Notes: a model not told the origin generated them from the letters alone. A stretch of 64,000 nt of DNA from Eukaryota sp. GEM-RC1 (GCA_040285855.1 JAUFOQ010000017.1:992001-1056000); one strand, 5' to 3'. Positions 1 through 13,941 are shown, counted from the stretch's first letter. A program made the numbers and translations.

Positions 1-370
1 AACTTCCTATTCCATCGACCTTGGGAGAACTCAGATCTTTTGCGGATCCATCAACTACATCCTAGACTGGATTCCAAACCTCTCTAATTTCATACAACCC
101 TTGACTCAACTCACCAGAAAAGACGAGAACTCACCGCATAGTATCTCTAAAAAGTGGTCAAACGTCCATCCTCAGAACTTTATTGAGTTAATAAACTCAA
201 CCTCATCCTCCGTAACCTCGCTCTCCCGGACAACACAAGCCAAATCATTATAGCAACCGACGCTATCGACAGTGCCATCTTTGGTGTAGCCTGGAAAACA
301 CTACATAACTCCGACCTTTATTTCCCACTCCAAGAACAAAAGCTAGCTCCGATTTTAATTCTTTTAGCAA
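1..370 (+). mobile_element. Degenerate Ty3/gypsy LTR retrotransposon pol fragment (RT connection to RNase H)
   Basis: Frame-switching translation gives PIPSTLGELRSF / GSINYILDWIPNLSNFIQPLTQLTRK ... IIIATDAIDSAIFGVAWK. This matches the gypsy P..t.elrsFlG..nyy..fIp.fs...PLt.L and TDAS..aigavl motifs. Confidence 0.75.
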
Positions 371-2302
371 AATGCTGATGTGAATCAAATTGATTGATTC
401 AATAGACCTTTTTATTGGGCAAAAATTTAAATATAAATTTACTTTAAGTGTTAAAATTAATATTAATATATCAATCTATGTGGAATGTTATTAAGGAAAA
501 GTTAAAACTAAATATTAATTATATGTGACTGATCCTCAAAATTACTCTGAGAATATTTGTTTAAGAAATTTAAATATTTCAAAATGAATGGTAAAGGACA
601 AAAATACGAGATCGATTATTACATAGTAATTCCAATGCAATAAAATTGGTCCGATCAATCAAATCAACACGTGATATACCACAATTTGAAAATGAATCAT
701 ATAAATCATGAATAGCAACACATTGAAATTAGAATAAGTTCTCGTCAATCTCTCTTCAATCTTTGTTAAACATAACATATATAGATTTGTCTTCATTGAT
801 GTAATGCAGTGAGCTCAGCAAGCTTAAGGAGAGAGTGACTCTTTCTTTAACTAAAAAAAGTCATGGAAGCTAAGAAGAATTCCGAAATTGGCTAGTGAAT
901 GACATGACGTCAAAGAACTTCTTTCAAAGAGATAGAGAGAGCCACTCAAACAAAAACAAGTAAACTCTCTGGTTGGTGAGGCACTTTGTAAATTTCGTCC
1001 CGAAGCGACAACTTGTCTTTTTTTAAAGAAAGAGACTATCTTTAAAGAAAAGAAAAAGAGCGAAAAGCAATGAAGAAGTGGATGTACATGGACTTGAGAC
1101 AACTTTGAGAAATAGGATCTGTAAGACAAATGAGTGGAGTGCTTAAAAGTGCCAGGATGAAGAATAGATGAGACAAGTAGTATTACAAGAGATAGTGCAT
1201 GGATCAAAACTGGATCGAGAGGAATCCCAAAGAAGGAAGCGAAGATGACACGTCAGCGATGCCAAGTCTCACACTTTTCACTGTGTCACGTGATTTCATA
1301 ACATAGCCTGATGGTGGTAAGCATGAGTTGATATGATGCAAGCGGAAGCGACGGTTGCTGTGTAGCCAACGGACGGTATTCTACCAGTCACAGAGCTGTA
1401 GAAAAAGTCTTTTGAGAGTTTGGGATTGGCTCCTCGTGTAGAGAGTTGTGTGTTGGTAATAGCCCCACTACTGCCACGTCACTGCCAGCAGAAAGTCATA
1501 TAAGGGTAAGCGAAAAAGGGGACGAGATGTTCATGCAATGTACCTTTGTTATAGAAGTACTGTAGTTGTATCTTGTGGAGGTATGAACTATAGACAACAA
1601 GTTTTAGTGAGGTTGGGTTCAATCTCAGATCAAAGACCTTTGCAATAACATCTTTCTAATACGATCATTGTTTGCTTCCATGCCATCTCAAACTACAAGA
1701 AGAGTATTCGTTTGAGATAACGTTAGAACATTCATTCAGTTTACTTAGTAAGTTCCTTGAAGTATAGATAATACACTTCTTCTCAACTAAAAGACAAAAC
1801 ACAACTACAAATCTGTTACATCTTCCCCAAAACTAGGACACACTTCCCACAAACCTTCACGATTGGCATCAATAGACCGATGAGAATCATATGCAGTCTA
1901 CCGACGGAGTTGATCCACTAAACAATCCTGAAAGAAGTTCGTTTGAATCAAGCTCGTTATATGCAGAACCAAAAGAATATTGGTAGGTTAAATTAGAGAG
2001 ATTTTTCAGTTTTTGTTTTGATTGTTACTTAACTATTCAATCCCCAGGTTTATACATTTATACAGGAAAATAAAACCAAATATTACAAAAACAAAATTGA
2101 TTTTCCAATCTTACAATACTTTCACTCACCAACAATCAATAACTACAACACTAGCTGTTGGATGTAAAAACTATTGGAAGTAATTTAGAAAAACCATGTC
2201 TTTCAATGATTGGTACAAAAGATTGATATCATCCGCCTTAAAAGCGACACATTGACACAAACTAATTCCTCTAAATGTATAGAAAGCTGTAGCCTTTAAA
2301 AT

Positions 2303-5300
2303 TTATATATTTAAAAGGTTTAGACAAGCGGTGAACCTGTCTGCGTCCCAACAGTGCAATTTTTTGGAAGAATTAACAAGACATTCCTTCAGAAAATTAT
2401 AGTAATTGGACTGCAAAGTCATACAAATTCTTTCAAAAATTTGAGGAGAAAACAAAGGTAATTCTTCAATATAAGAAAATGTGTCGTCATTAATGACAGC
2501 AACGAAGTTATCTTCAAAAAGTGAAGATCTTGTAATAAAAAGTATTTGTTTAAGATTGTAAAGGCCCAACAAAACCAATTGACTGGAATACACATAGGAT
2601 CTTTCAAATTTTGAAATACTGACATTGACCAGTCAAACAAACACGTGTTTTCAAGGGACTTCCGTTGAAAAACCGGTGACAATGCATTGAAAATGGAATC
2701 AATATTGCACTTAGTGACGGAAATCTTCTGTAACAATTTTTGGATAACAATAAAGTTGTTTCCAACTTTGTCTAAAATTGATACCAAACATCTACAATAC
2801 CAAAGATCGTCAACAGGAGGAAGTTCAAATCTAGGTTCATATAAAGAATCAAGTTTCTCACCAAACAAGTAGTTGAAATCATCAGGAACTACGGATAAAC
2901 ATTTCCAACCAGATTTAATTCGTTTAACCAATCTAGGAACAGCCATTTTACGATATTTTGCTAAGTCGTAGAAAAACACGTATTCCTTGTTATAGCAATG
3001 TCGAAGTGTCATATCTAGAGAAAAGTTTTCCTGAGCAGTTTTGATCTTAAAACTTAATAATTCTTGTTTTGAAATAATGAAGTTGGAAACGTCAGCTTCG
3101 ACAAATGGAGGAGAAGCTTGAGGATGGATGAAACCGCCTGAAGGTCGGGTGAAGTCTACATCTATAGCAAAATCACCAATACTAAAGGAAGTTTTAGTGC
3201 AAATTGGATTGTTCTGCCGAATTTTTTTAAATTCTACAATTGAAAAGACATTTCGCACTTCAGCCAAGAATCTGTCGACTGTTTGATTGAACACGTCATC
3301 AGTGGGGGTCATGCAATCAATATCACGTGCTTCAGCATTGGCTAAAAGAAAATCTCTAATAAAACCACCATAAATAACACAATCTAACTTCCAGACCAGA
3401 ATATGGGCAATCATAGCCATCACGCTCTGTTTGGAATCAAATTTGATTGGTTCAATTCCACAAAGAATATCGGATAAGCGGTGATTATGAATCAAAAGGG
3501 AAGTCATGTTGTCAGCTGATTGCTCTACAAAAGTTGAAATTTCTAAAAACTGTAATTTTCGAATAACACCAGCAACAATTACTGAAACAATATGATGGAT
3601 TTCATCACAAATTTTGATTTTTAAAGAAAATTTGTTTGAGTTCTCAATAAACGTAAAGTGGAAGAAGTGATCTGCTTGCGAATTGAGATTTAAAAAATCA
3701 CAAATAAGTGTCAATAACTCATAACTAACTTCTTCAATATAATGATTGATGTCTTTAGGTAAGGATGACAGAATCGGAAAGTAAAAACTCTGGTAAAAGT
3801 GTTGATTGTTGGACATTCTTTTGAGAAACGAAAATTTTGAACAATTGTAGATAATTAACAGCGAGGAAAAATCAACCAAATAAGACTTGTTAGACGATTC
3901 GAGAGTAATTTCAATCCAGCAAAAAGATTGAGATGACAAATAATTAAAGTATTTCAAATTTAGTTGATCATTATCTTCTTTCGAAAAAGATTTCCAAAAA
4001 CCATCTGAAAAATATAACCAATATTGGTCATTTTCAGAACGGTTGTTGACAATATCATCTCTTTGAATGATTACAGAAAGATCATCACATGTGATTGTCA
4101 TTGAGCAGAAATCAATTATACACTCCATATCGGAATTCTGAATAAGGTCCAAATTCAACAAAAAGGAAGATTTGGATTTGTCATATTTGAAAAGTCCAAA
4201 TTTGGTTTCTAAATATCTAGAAATTTGGATATCAAAGCAAGTAATGTGTCCATTATGAACCCAAGACCACTGAAAAACGGGCTGGTCCGAAGAATTCTGA
4301 AGAAAAATTGAATTCTCCGGTTTTTCAACAATTCCTGTAGACTTAACAGTTCCTTGACCTGATCGAAGGAAACTACTCACGTCATCACAGTCAATCTTCT
4401 GTTTCAGAAACAGTACTGGGCAATACAGAACTGGAGCACGATCATCCAATACGTAAAACCATTCATGTTTTAAAGAAAAGTATGCAGAATGTGGATATAC
4501 GGCAAAAACCAAGATATAACGAGGATTATTGTAATAACCCAAAGCAAACTTTAGAGTTTTGCAGAAGTATATTCCCCTGTTAAACACTGTGATTAGTTAG
4601 AGTAAAGAACATACAAGTAGTAGATGGTAATTCCTCAAGAGAAAGTATTTCTTCAGGAGAATCAACACCAATGTATCCAAATAATAGAGAATCCTTGGGA
4701 AGACTACAAGAGCGGAGTGTCTTTGAAAAAGACACATACATTGGAAAGCTGTGGAAATTTTGAAATTCTTTAAAGTCAAATTTTTCACCAATGGAATCGT
4801 GACTAACTGCGTTTCTTGCAGCTTTGATGAGGCTATCATGGTTATTACCATAATCAAAATTGATTGAAAGTCTGTACAAATCACAGGGACAACCAAAATG
4901 CCGATCATCGTTAATACAACCACAATTATTACACTGAGGTAGAAGACAATTAGGACAAAAAACGTAGCCATAAACACTGGAAATTAAAGTTTTACAATCG
5001 GGATTCAAACATAATGAAATTTTTGAAGAACAAGTCGAAAAAGTACATAATCTAAACTCCAAAGCTTTAAAGAGTTCTGTGTTTAATATGTTTCGACTAA
5101 AATCAGTATAATTGATCAAAAGACTGCATTTTGGACAAGAAAAAGGAATCGTCGAATTTCTAGATTTTTTCAAATGTATATTCAAACAATCACGACAAAA
5201 AACGTGATCACAAACTGAAAACCTGGAATTAATTTGATGAGGTAATTGATTACAGAACACACAAGACTCAACAACATTGGTTGAAACTGTAGAGTGTGCT

Positions 5301-8300
5301 TGCAAAAAGAATTGAACCAAATCAACCAGTAATTTTTGAAAATCGATGAAGAATTCATGAACCAAAATTCTAACAACGTTCTGTTCTTTCAAAAATTGAA
5401 CCATTCTAAGTACATCATCATGACCTAAATTATTGGGGAAACTTTGAGATTCAATGAATAATTGGAATTTTGAAGGTTCTTCTAAAAACAAATTCCTTTG
5501 AGAAGGGGGAATAGGAATAAAGAAACAACGTTGCTCAAGAGAGTTCTGCAGTAAACGGAATATGCAGCCCATTGTAATGGAATCACAAGCAAATGCCTTT
5601 TCAGAGAGTTTCGTTGGTTGTATAAGCTTCAAAAACCAGATAAAACTGAAGTACTAGCATCGCAGGGAAGAATTTTAAAAAAGTGAAATTTTGGAGCTTC
5701 TTTTGAAAACTGATATGATGAAAAATCTGAAATGTCTTGCCAACAACAGCAACTGTGTTGTTCAGCAATACGTTGGGACAATACGCACGCAGATTCAATC
5801 TGTAATAATTCATTTAAATCAGGAAGAACATAGAACGCGTGCACGTCAGCATTCCAAGATCTAAACTCAGTCATAGTATTCTTTTTCACTAATTTAGCCA
5901 CTCCACTTTCTTCATAACCGCGATCTAATTTCATTGCCATAACAACTGGTTCATACGCAAGAATTCTACACGGATGACTATGTGACGATAGATTCTCAGC
6001 CCACTGTTCGACTGACACGCGAGGTGATGACGTCAATGTAGCCTCATCATCGAAACTGATTGTGACACGAGTGGCGGAAGAATTGTCTGGCGACGGTTGA
6101 TATTGAACCATACGAGGTTTCATTTTATTTTTTATATGTTCGAGATTACTGGGGTTAATGATTGATTGGTCACCCTCAATGATGACGTAACCAGGCTTCC
6201 ACACACTGACATGTGAACGGACACCCTGTTTTACCTTGGAAATCTCATCCGAAATAATATGTAAAGATCCAGAATAATTTAAATTTTGAAAAGGACTAGC
6301 AGTCGTGTGAGAAAAAATTGCAGAGTCTTTAAACTTATGACAAACTTCAAAGAAAAGCCAAGGATTCATTGAAGGGAAATTGATCTTAATTAAAACAGGA
6401 TGATCAACACCATCAGAGTAACCTTTAAATAACTGAGCGGGAAGCATTGACCAGGAATTCGGTCTCTCAGGATGAATATTGAGTGATTTCGACCCTGATT
6501 GAGTAATGTGATTGAGCAGGGAGTAACCAATGACGTCAACAATAAACTGTTTGATTTTGTGTCTAACATTAAATCGTTGACTAGTCATTGAAACATCATC
6601 ACAAAAATCTATGAGTTGAAATTTTGAAAAACTTAAAATAACACAAGGCCCATCTGGTTCAATTTTTGACACAGTTAATCCAGACAAAAACTCGACCCCG
6701 TGATTTCTAATCAACAAAAACTTTGATTGATTCTGATGTCGTGTTATGAGCTCAGTCTTTTGTTGTTCCGATTGCTTCACCAACTGATCCAAATTACAGT
6801 CACTGATTGATGAAATAGTATGTTGCCTAGAAAAAAGTCCAATTACAGAACGGTTTGAATAAAAAGTTGAATACCAGTCGTAGTAAGATTCAAGGTACTC
6901 CACCACTTTGCAAATTCTTCATAGATCCATGAACTAACGTCCTTTAGTAGCAAAACTTGTTTCCAATTGATCAGCACAATCATTGTTAACACCGTCAACG
7001 TCATCAATTGGATGAATGATCCTTACTGACGTAGCAGGACCTAGTCTTTCCAATCCCAGTGCAAGCATGGGTCCAGTGAAGAAAGAAGAATTATCATGAA
7101 AGAATGAAAGAGGATGGACTTGTAAAACTGATTTCTGATCATTAGAGACCAAGACATTGCTGACATCGGGGATATTAGTAAACATAGTATTACCAAAACT
7201 AGCTAATAGACATTTGTTGATTACATAAATAACTTTGTCATTGAAAGATAGTGACTTAACTGAGTGATTTTTGTTTAGTTCAGATAACTCATTAATCTTT
7301 AAAAACGCAGAATCAATGGATTTTGAGTTGTCCCTAATGGACCTAAAAACGTCCTTGTTGACCGAATTTGGAAACTTAACACCTTTGAGTTTCACTAAAC
7401 GCTGAAAGATGAGAACAAGTGATATCAAATCACTTTTGATTGGTTCATAATAATCATAGAACTCCAGTTTATCTAAAATCAGAGGGTGATTTGTTGACAG
7501 AATAGCAGTGATTAAAGCTCCCAATGACAGAAAACCTTGACGAGCCATTAAGTAAGTAAAATAAACTCGCCTAGGATCGATCTGAAGAGATAAAACAATG
7601 TTTCCCACAGCAGACAACTTGATATTATTATTATGATGGTAAATACAGTCAAGTTCACGAAGTAGTTCAACTGACTTAGAAATTGAGCGAGGCGGAGCTT
7701 CAATATATTCAAAGGTCTCGGGATCGATTCCCAAGGCCATCATTTTTAATGATAATAAATCCACAGAGCTTGTTAAAATGTCAGGGTCATATTCAACTCG
7801 TTTAGGATCGTTATAATGGTACAAAGGAATAAAAACTCCAGGGCAAGTTCGACCGCAACGACCCTTACGTTGTTCAGAAGAGCTCTTGCTGATTAACACA
7901 GTTTCAACCAACGTCAAACGCGATACGTCATCAAATCTTGATCGGACTGTCAGACCAGAATCAATAACCAATCGAACATTAGGTACTGTTAACCTGGTAT
8001 TAGTAAAGGAAAAGATTCATACGAAGTTTCGGCAATAGACGTACAGAAGCACACCATGCGTTTGCCTTGATGTGTTCTATCAAATTCGATTACTTTCAGT
8101 TGCTGCTCATAACTGAGTTTCTCATGAAGTGGTTTGCAAATGATATTATTGAATTCATCTGATCCTTTACATGCATTTTTAAAAAGATTCATACATGGAC
8201 CGACTGACTCTACACTTGGTACAAAGACCAACACGTGACCAGTACAATCACCGTCTTCGTAATAGGCTGGATTGACTATAGCTTCCTTAACGACTAGAGG

Positions 8301-10008
8301 TAGTTGAATGGAAAGAGAACTAGGGTCAACGGGATTCTCGAAGACTCGCACGTCATAAACACGTCCAGGAACACTGATTGGAAGAATTGATGAATTATCT
8401 CCACAGAAGTAATTAATATACTTTGACGTATCAATTGTGGCTGAACAAATTACCACTCTAAAGTCAGATCTCTTTCTGAGAATATCTCGAGCAACACCAA
8501 GGATAATGTCAGTTGATATAGAACGGATATGAACTTCATCAATAATTAAAACTGAAAATTCTGAAAGAAGTAGATCATAAGAAAACAATTTGTCTTCTTG
8601 AATGACCATGATTTGGGAGCCATTTTGACTGTCTGATTCTGTTAAATATCCTACATAATTTGAATAAATTGGTTTGTCAGCTCCGTCGTAACCAACTTTA
8701 TCTTCATACTCGTCAAATATTCGATTATAAATAGTCATCGTTGCAAGAGCACAGGGTTGAGTGATTGCTATCCTCTTTCCTGAATTACAATAGAGCTCAG
8801 CAAGATAGACTGGGAGTTGTGTCGACTTTCCACAACCAGTGGATCCAACTAAGACACAAACTCTCTCTGAATCCACTCGATCCAAAATTTCATTGTATTT
8901 AAAAAATACTGGTAATTGTTGCTTCAATCGATTAAGCATACGCTGTACGTACTGATCTGATAATGGAATTTTAACAATCTGCTTGGGCGAATCAATCATA
9001 TCTTTTAATTGTTCTTCGATTGTAGTAAAATCGTCACAACTATCATCCAGCTCATCAACATCGTCATCACAAACGTCATCACTGAAGAAATCTCTAGTAA
9101 TCAAATAGAGTCGATCATTAAAGATCAGGTAAGGCTCGTCAACAAAGGCAGAAGCATCATCATTTGAATTAAACAGAAAAACAACACGAAAACTTCCGTC
9201 CTTAAAAATAACATAACAATCTTCCACATTAAATTCATCACCAACATGTTTAATTAGTGCAGCGGGATCATCAGTAATTGGATAAACTTCAGCATATAAC
9301 TTCGGGACTTCATGTCGATTAAGTACTTCAAAGTCCTTTCTGTGGACAGCATATTTGAATTTTCTATCATCAATCAAAACCTTGTGATCACCTTTATTAA
9401 ACTGTTGGAAATTGTCAGGGAAGCCACTCAGAAATAGCTCTTCAGAATTCTTGTTTGGAGTAGAATGCATGAAGTCATACTCACGCAGGATGGGTAGTAA
9501 ATATTTCATGTCTAGAACGTAACCCATGGGTGGTGGCTCCTTATCTACACGAATACTACGATATTCCATGTGTTTCCAAAAGATAGGATTCACGAGTTAG
9601 ACAGAGAGGACTGAAGACAAAGTTTAAGAAGTTGAGGCAGATAAGGTCATAGGAAAGAAATTTTGTGGAAAAGACGTTACATCCGTCTTGATCAATGGTG
9701 TAAAGAGGATTGATAATGAGTTCATTGTTGACAAAGAAGAAAAGAGTATAGGTACCTGGATAGAAGAAGATATTGCAGTGATAAATATCATGTTTATAGG
9801 GAACTAAGGGGTGTCGGACTCCGTTGACAAGAACATGGATGCCGTTGACGTGAGAAAATGAGCTGGTATCACAAAAGAGTGATCGATAGGGTGTAGAATG
9901 CTTGTCTGGAAGAACGTTTACATAGAAGGAGTATTCAGAGACATCGGTGGTTGAAGTAGAAGAGTCAACATCTCGTTTGAATTGGGTGCCAGAGTGTCTC
10001 TTGGACAT
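2303..10008 (-). CDS. Giant multidomain protein (~2500 aa once joined): CBM48-like, DEAH-box RNA helicase + HA2, RING1-IBR, PARP-like, 2x WWE, class II (CCA/PAP-type) nucleotidyltransferase head
   Basis: Joins ORFs 9556-10008, 7989-9593, 6934-7971, 5629-6906, 4580-5632, 2419-4587 and 2303-2593. Helicase motifs: GSTGCGKSTQLP, IIDEVH, CSAT, TSIAETSLTVPNV (restored by splicing), QRKGRCGR. RING: CVFC..CDHVFCRDC..CPKC. IBR: CLNPDC..CPNC..CNNC..HFGCPC. PARP-like: LFNRGIYF. WWE-like: FQWSW.. and YWLYFSDGFWKSF..YLVDF. NTase: YGGFIRD..DID. The junctions at ~9545-9593 and ~6906-6938 are unresolved. Confidence 0.75.
4587..4614 (-). other. 28-nt spliceosomal intron
   Basis: GTATGTTCTTTACTCTAACTAATCACAG. 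Removal fuses ...LPSTT to LFNRGIYF in frame. Confidence 0.9.
7994..8022 (-). other. 29-nt spliceosomal intron
   Basis: GTATGAATCTTTTCCTTTACTAATACCAG. Removal restores the DEAH motif V IAETSLTVPNVRLVIDSG. Confidence 0.95.
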
Positions 10009-10419
10009 GACATCAAAAGGGATTTAAGCTCCAAAATTCTAATTGTACAATTCTACAATCATGTAGCAAATACATAGTGGGAGTCGTGGTCTCGATTTGA
10101 TGTCAATTTTGTCTGACAGGACGAAACCAGTTTAACTGTCTGTTTTGTTTTTCAACACAATTACATAAAGAAGCTGAGGGGGGCTGTCGTCTTCTTGATA
10201 ACTTATCGATATGTTGTGCTATGTTTTTGATAAATAACTACAGATGTATATGTATTATCACTTTCTGCTCTCACTACGTCACACTTTTGATGAAAGAATT
10301 TTCATGCTATTACAGAATCCGTACAGCATATCTTATATTTTTAGAACCGCACTGTTGTACCTTATTTTAAGAAATTTACACCAGATACATGTATGGTATC
10401 ACCTACCGTACACAAAATA

Positions 10420-11880
10420 AGAGGTTTTTCCAAAATTAGATTATATACATTAAATTTCAGTTTAGTGACGAAAATGTTATCAATTGATGATTGTTTTTCT
10501 TAAAATCTTGTTTTTTTATGGAACAAAAACACTAAGATAAACACAAATATTAGAACTGAATATCATTAAAGCAACAATCTTTGCCATTAAAACTCACTTC
10601 AGCTTTTTCTTTTACCAAAAGTCTTATCCGAATCACTATTTTTTAAATTATTGATTTCCAGTGATCTCAACAGTAGCTCAAGGAAAGAGTCGATTTTGTA
10701 GGACTTACACATGTCATGAACTTGACTTCTGAGAGCATCATGAATTCAAGTTCTATAAGTAACGAAACGATTGCAACTCAAAAGGTGAGAAAAAGTAACT
10801 AATTTACCACATTTACATTGAAGATCATTAGGTAAATTAGAGGGCCACAGGGAACCTCGAAGTCTGAATGTTGCAGTCCATTGATGATCATTCAACCACA
10901 AACCATAAATCTGAGGAATTTGGTTGATCAAAGCAACTGAAGAACTGTCCTTCAAATCGATTAAAAAAATTGCGAACACTGGATTTTTTTCTTTGAAAAA
11001 CCAGACATTCAAAATGTTTTAAAAGGTGTTTTTGGAGTTTCTTAAGACCAAATTTTAAAGAGGTGACACATCGTTCTGGTATTTCACAAATATATGCTAG
11101 GAAACAAGTTTGTCAGAGGTCAGGAGAAATTAGCGATAATTCTGATCTCAAATTTACCAAGAAAAAACTTCTTGTCGAAACAAGAAGATTTTCTTGACTT
11201 GGGTAACGTCTACAGAACACTCAGGCAAAATTCTTACCACCACCACCAATGAAAGAGCTGTTAATATCACACTAGAAATTAGTCTGGTCCAGACTAAATA
11301 CACTGATTACAGTAGTTCACAAAGGGAACCTCTAAAGAATCAAAAATTAAAGTTACAGGTACTAGTACCTTGACAGTCAATTTTTTTGCACATTTACTTG
11401 GAGTCCAATAGCATCGTACAAATCTACAGCCTGATTCGCAATAATACGAAGAGTTGACATAGGAGCAATAAAAGAAATGTCATCCATATAAGCTACAATT
11501 TCTAAGTCTGTATGTTCTTCTTTGAGCTTTTTCAGGATTGAATGAATAGCCAAACAAACAAAGAAGGGACCAAGTGGATCTCCTTGTTTAACACCAGAAA
11601 CAGAATCAAGAACAAATGAATTGAAAACCAAGTCAGAAGAGTGGCCGTAAAAAAATGAAAAAGATACCTAATTCTGGAAAACTCTTTTCCCATTCAGAAC
11701 AAATGGCAGATCGTTTAACAGAATTAAAAGCATTCTTAAAATTTAAATGGAAAATGCAATTATTTTCAACTGCAATGAAGAAAACATCTGAAGAAAGGAC
11801 CACAGAAGCTCCTTCAATGGTTTTAATACCATATTGATAAGGTGAAAAAAACCCCTTAGCTTTGTTGGAAATTCTTACAA
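10420..11880 (-). mobile_element. Decayed CRE-like non-LTR retrotransposon (RT, CCHC zinc knuckle, RLE remnant)
   Basis: FSPYQYGI, FKNAFNSVKR, GVKQGDPLGP and AYMDD (RT), then CKCGK..SHLLSC. Many stops and frameshifts; boundaries approximate. Confidence 0.8.
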
Positions 11881-11923
11881 ATGTAACAGAAACATAATAC
11901 AGGAAACAAAAATACTGTATTTT

Positions 11924-12910
11924 CTCATTTACCCAGTATTCCTGAAAAATCTCCCTTGTCTCTCCCTTTATGCGTGGTCAAACTTCAGAATAAGCTTTTG
12001 AAGGCATTTGAAAACCTGGATTTTGAAAATCGTTTTAGTATTACTAAAATTAATAATCCCGTTTTTGCTGCTTTCTTAAATGATATTAAGAATTCAACTT
12101 GTTTGATCACTCAACAACCACGTCCTTTTGGTTTGCATTTGTCTGATGAAGCTTGGAAATTAAATATGCGATTGCGTTTAGGTTTGTTTCCTGCTGAATT
12201 GCTCGACAATTCTGAATGCGTTTGTAGTCATCGTCGCAGTGCAACTTTTAGACATGTAATTAATTGCCCCAAATTTATTCAATTTCGCTCAGTTCTTCAT
12301 AATGCTGTAAGAGATGTTACATTTGAAATGTTTAAGGCTCATGGATTTCATGCCAAAGTTGAACCTTTATTTAGTAAGTTGGGTCTTGATTTAATTAATA
12401 ATTCTCGTCGAGGTGACTTACATGGTCCTTTTGTTGATTCTAGTCAAATTATCCTTGATGTTACAACAGTAGATCCATGTGCTCAAACTTATGTTAATGG
12501 CTTTAATTCAAAAGGTTTTAATCACCTAGAAACAGCTGAAAAACGAAAAATTGATTTGTATTCCAAAGATGTTGCTAAACTCAATCAAAATTTATATTCA
12601 AAATTTGTATTTGTTCCATTTGCTATTTCTATTTTCGGTAGTATTGGTGAAATGGCTTCCAAGTTTTTAACTGATTTTGGTTCTATGTGTAAGTCTCAGA
12701 ATAAGAGATTTAATTTATCAATTTGGCATAATCGTTTGATTTTTTCTTTGTTCCTTTCGGTGCCTAAGTTCTTTAAATCAATTTTCACAAAGTTGTATAA
12801 AGACTGTGGTACTGTTGACCAGGAATTTTCGGTGTCTAGTGTTTCATAGCTTTTATTTTATTATGATATGTATTTTTGTACCCTCCATCAATAAACTGTT
12901 TTTTAGTTTT
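11924..12910 (+). mobile_element. 5'-truncated CRE-like non-LTR element: zinc knuckle + restriction-like endonuclease (ORF 11956-12849)
   Basis: CVCSH..RHVINC, LHNAVRD, RRGDL..ILDVTTVD, AEKRKIDLY, FVPFAISIFG. 3' end is AATAAACTG-TTTTTT. Possible TSD CTGTATTTT at 11915-11923 and 12911-12919. Confidence 0.85.
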
Positions 12911-13059
12911 CTGTATTTTGTATTTTGCAACTATGCTTTTAGGAACTAAAATGTATTTCGTTGATTTTGGTTCGTTCCTAAGAAGTAAATGCTTTGTCTT
13001 AAAATATAAAACGTTTCCAGATCAATTTTGACAATTTTGTTTCAGTAGCTTGACCGACA

Positions 13060-13782
13060 ATGGACTTGAAGTACGTTCCTTTAACTGGTATAGTAGTGAC
13101 TTCCCTTGGTATCATCTTTTGTCTGCTTTTCGCTCCTTCTTATTACGATGATGTCCCAGACAGAATTATGTATATTTCCGAAGCTGGTGGCAGGTATCCA
13201 TTTCTTCCTCTCTTCAGTTTTTCATTGTCACTGGGAGGACTTCTCATCGCCGTTTTGTCTTATATATACGCCGATATTCTTCTTGCTCGCACACCCACTC
13301 TAGCCAAGTCTTTTGGGAGAATCCCAATTATTATCAAAACTGTTGCCATTGTTGGAGGAATATCGTTAGCACTTGTTGGCTTGGTGTCTGTATACGACAA
13401 CTTTCTGTTGCACAGTGGTGCTGCCCAAGTTTTCTTCCTACTCACAATGGCCAATGCTTATCTCATTACTTACATGTCTCATCACCAAACAACAGTCCTG
13501 GAAGACAGCAATCCTTATGTATCACGTGCTAAAAAATGGGGCTTCTTCAGAAAGTTCATTTGCTATATCATGCCTGTCTTTGTTCTTCCTTATTTGTTTC
13601 TTCCTACCCTTTTGAAGTTGCCGTGGGTTCCGGGATTTTCTGCATTTTTCCAGTACTTATCTGTTCTTACGTTAATTTTGTTTTTTATTTCGTTTAGGTT
13701 GGAATTTGACGGAATTCAAATTTCACTAAGTAATGTTGGTAAAGGTCTTGGTTATCTCCTTGCTGATGATTCTGATGAGTAG
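13060..13782 (+). CDS. Frag1/DRAM/Sfk1 (TMEM150-like) six-pass membrane protein, copy 1
   Basis: About 6 hydrophobic helices; YISEAGGRYP and DNFLLHSGAAQVFF motifs typical of the family. Confidence 0.75.
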   Translation: MDLKYVPLTGIVVTSLGIIFCLLFAPSYYDDVPDRIMYISEAGGRYPFLPLFSFSLSLGGLLIAVLSYIYADILLARTPTLAKSFGRIPIIIKTVAIVGGISLALVGLVSVYDNFLLHSGAAQVFFLLTMANAYLITYMSHHQTTVLEDSNPYVSRAKKWGFFRKFICYIMPVFVLPYLFLPTLLKLPWVPGFSAFFQYLSVLTLILFFISFRLEFDGIQISLSNVGKGLGYLLADDSDE

Positions 13783-13941
13783 GAAGTCCTTTGCGTTGTT
13801 TTCCCTGTAAATAAATTCAATGACATTCGAAATTTTGGATATGACCAGTGTTATCAAATGCTCAAATTGTTCAGAGATGGAATACGTCAGATTCGGGCAT
13901 TTCTGCGCAGTTTAAAACACAATTTAATTTCGAGGTTGTTA

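Noticed and set aside
375..672. MITE suggested by TTGATTGAT / ATCAATCAA inverted motifs
   Set aside because: Termini match poorly and no TSD was found.
851..1900. ORF 851-1207 and neighbouring coding-like sequence
   Set aside because: No recognisable domain and many stops. It is probably a decayed element but cannot be assigned.
6906..6938. 33-nt intron GTTAGT...GCAAAG joining two ORFs in frame
   Set aside because: It lacks the ACTWAT-NNYAG end shared by the five validated introns. An alternative open frame (QVLLLKDVSSWIYEEFAKWW) with two compensating indels explains it equally well. Left unresolved.
9545..9593. 49-nt intron GTGAAT...GTGTAG
   Set aside because: It restores frame but has atypical length and no branch motif; a single indel is equally plausible.
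10110..10140. Hammerhead ribozyme (CTGACAGGACGAAAC)
   Set aside because: It does not match the CUGANGA core and lacks the required stems.
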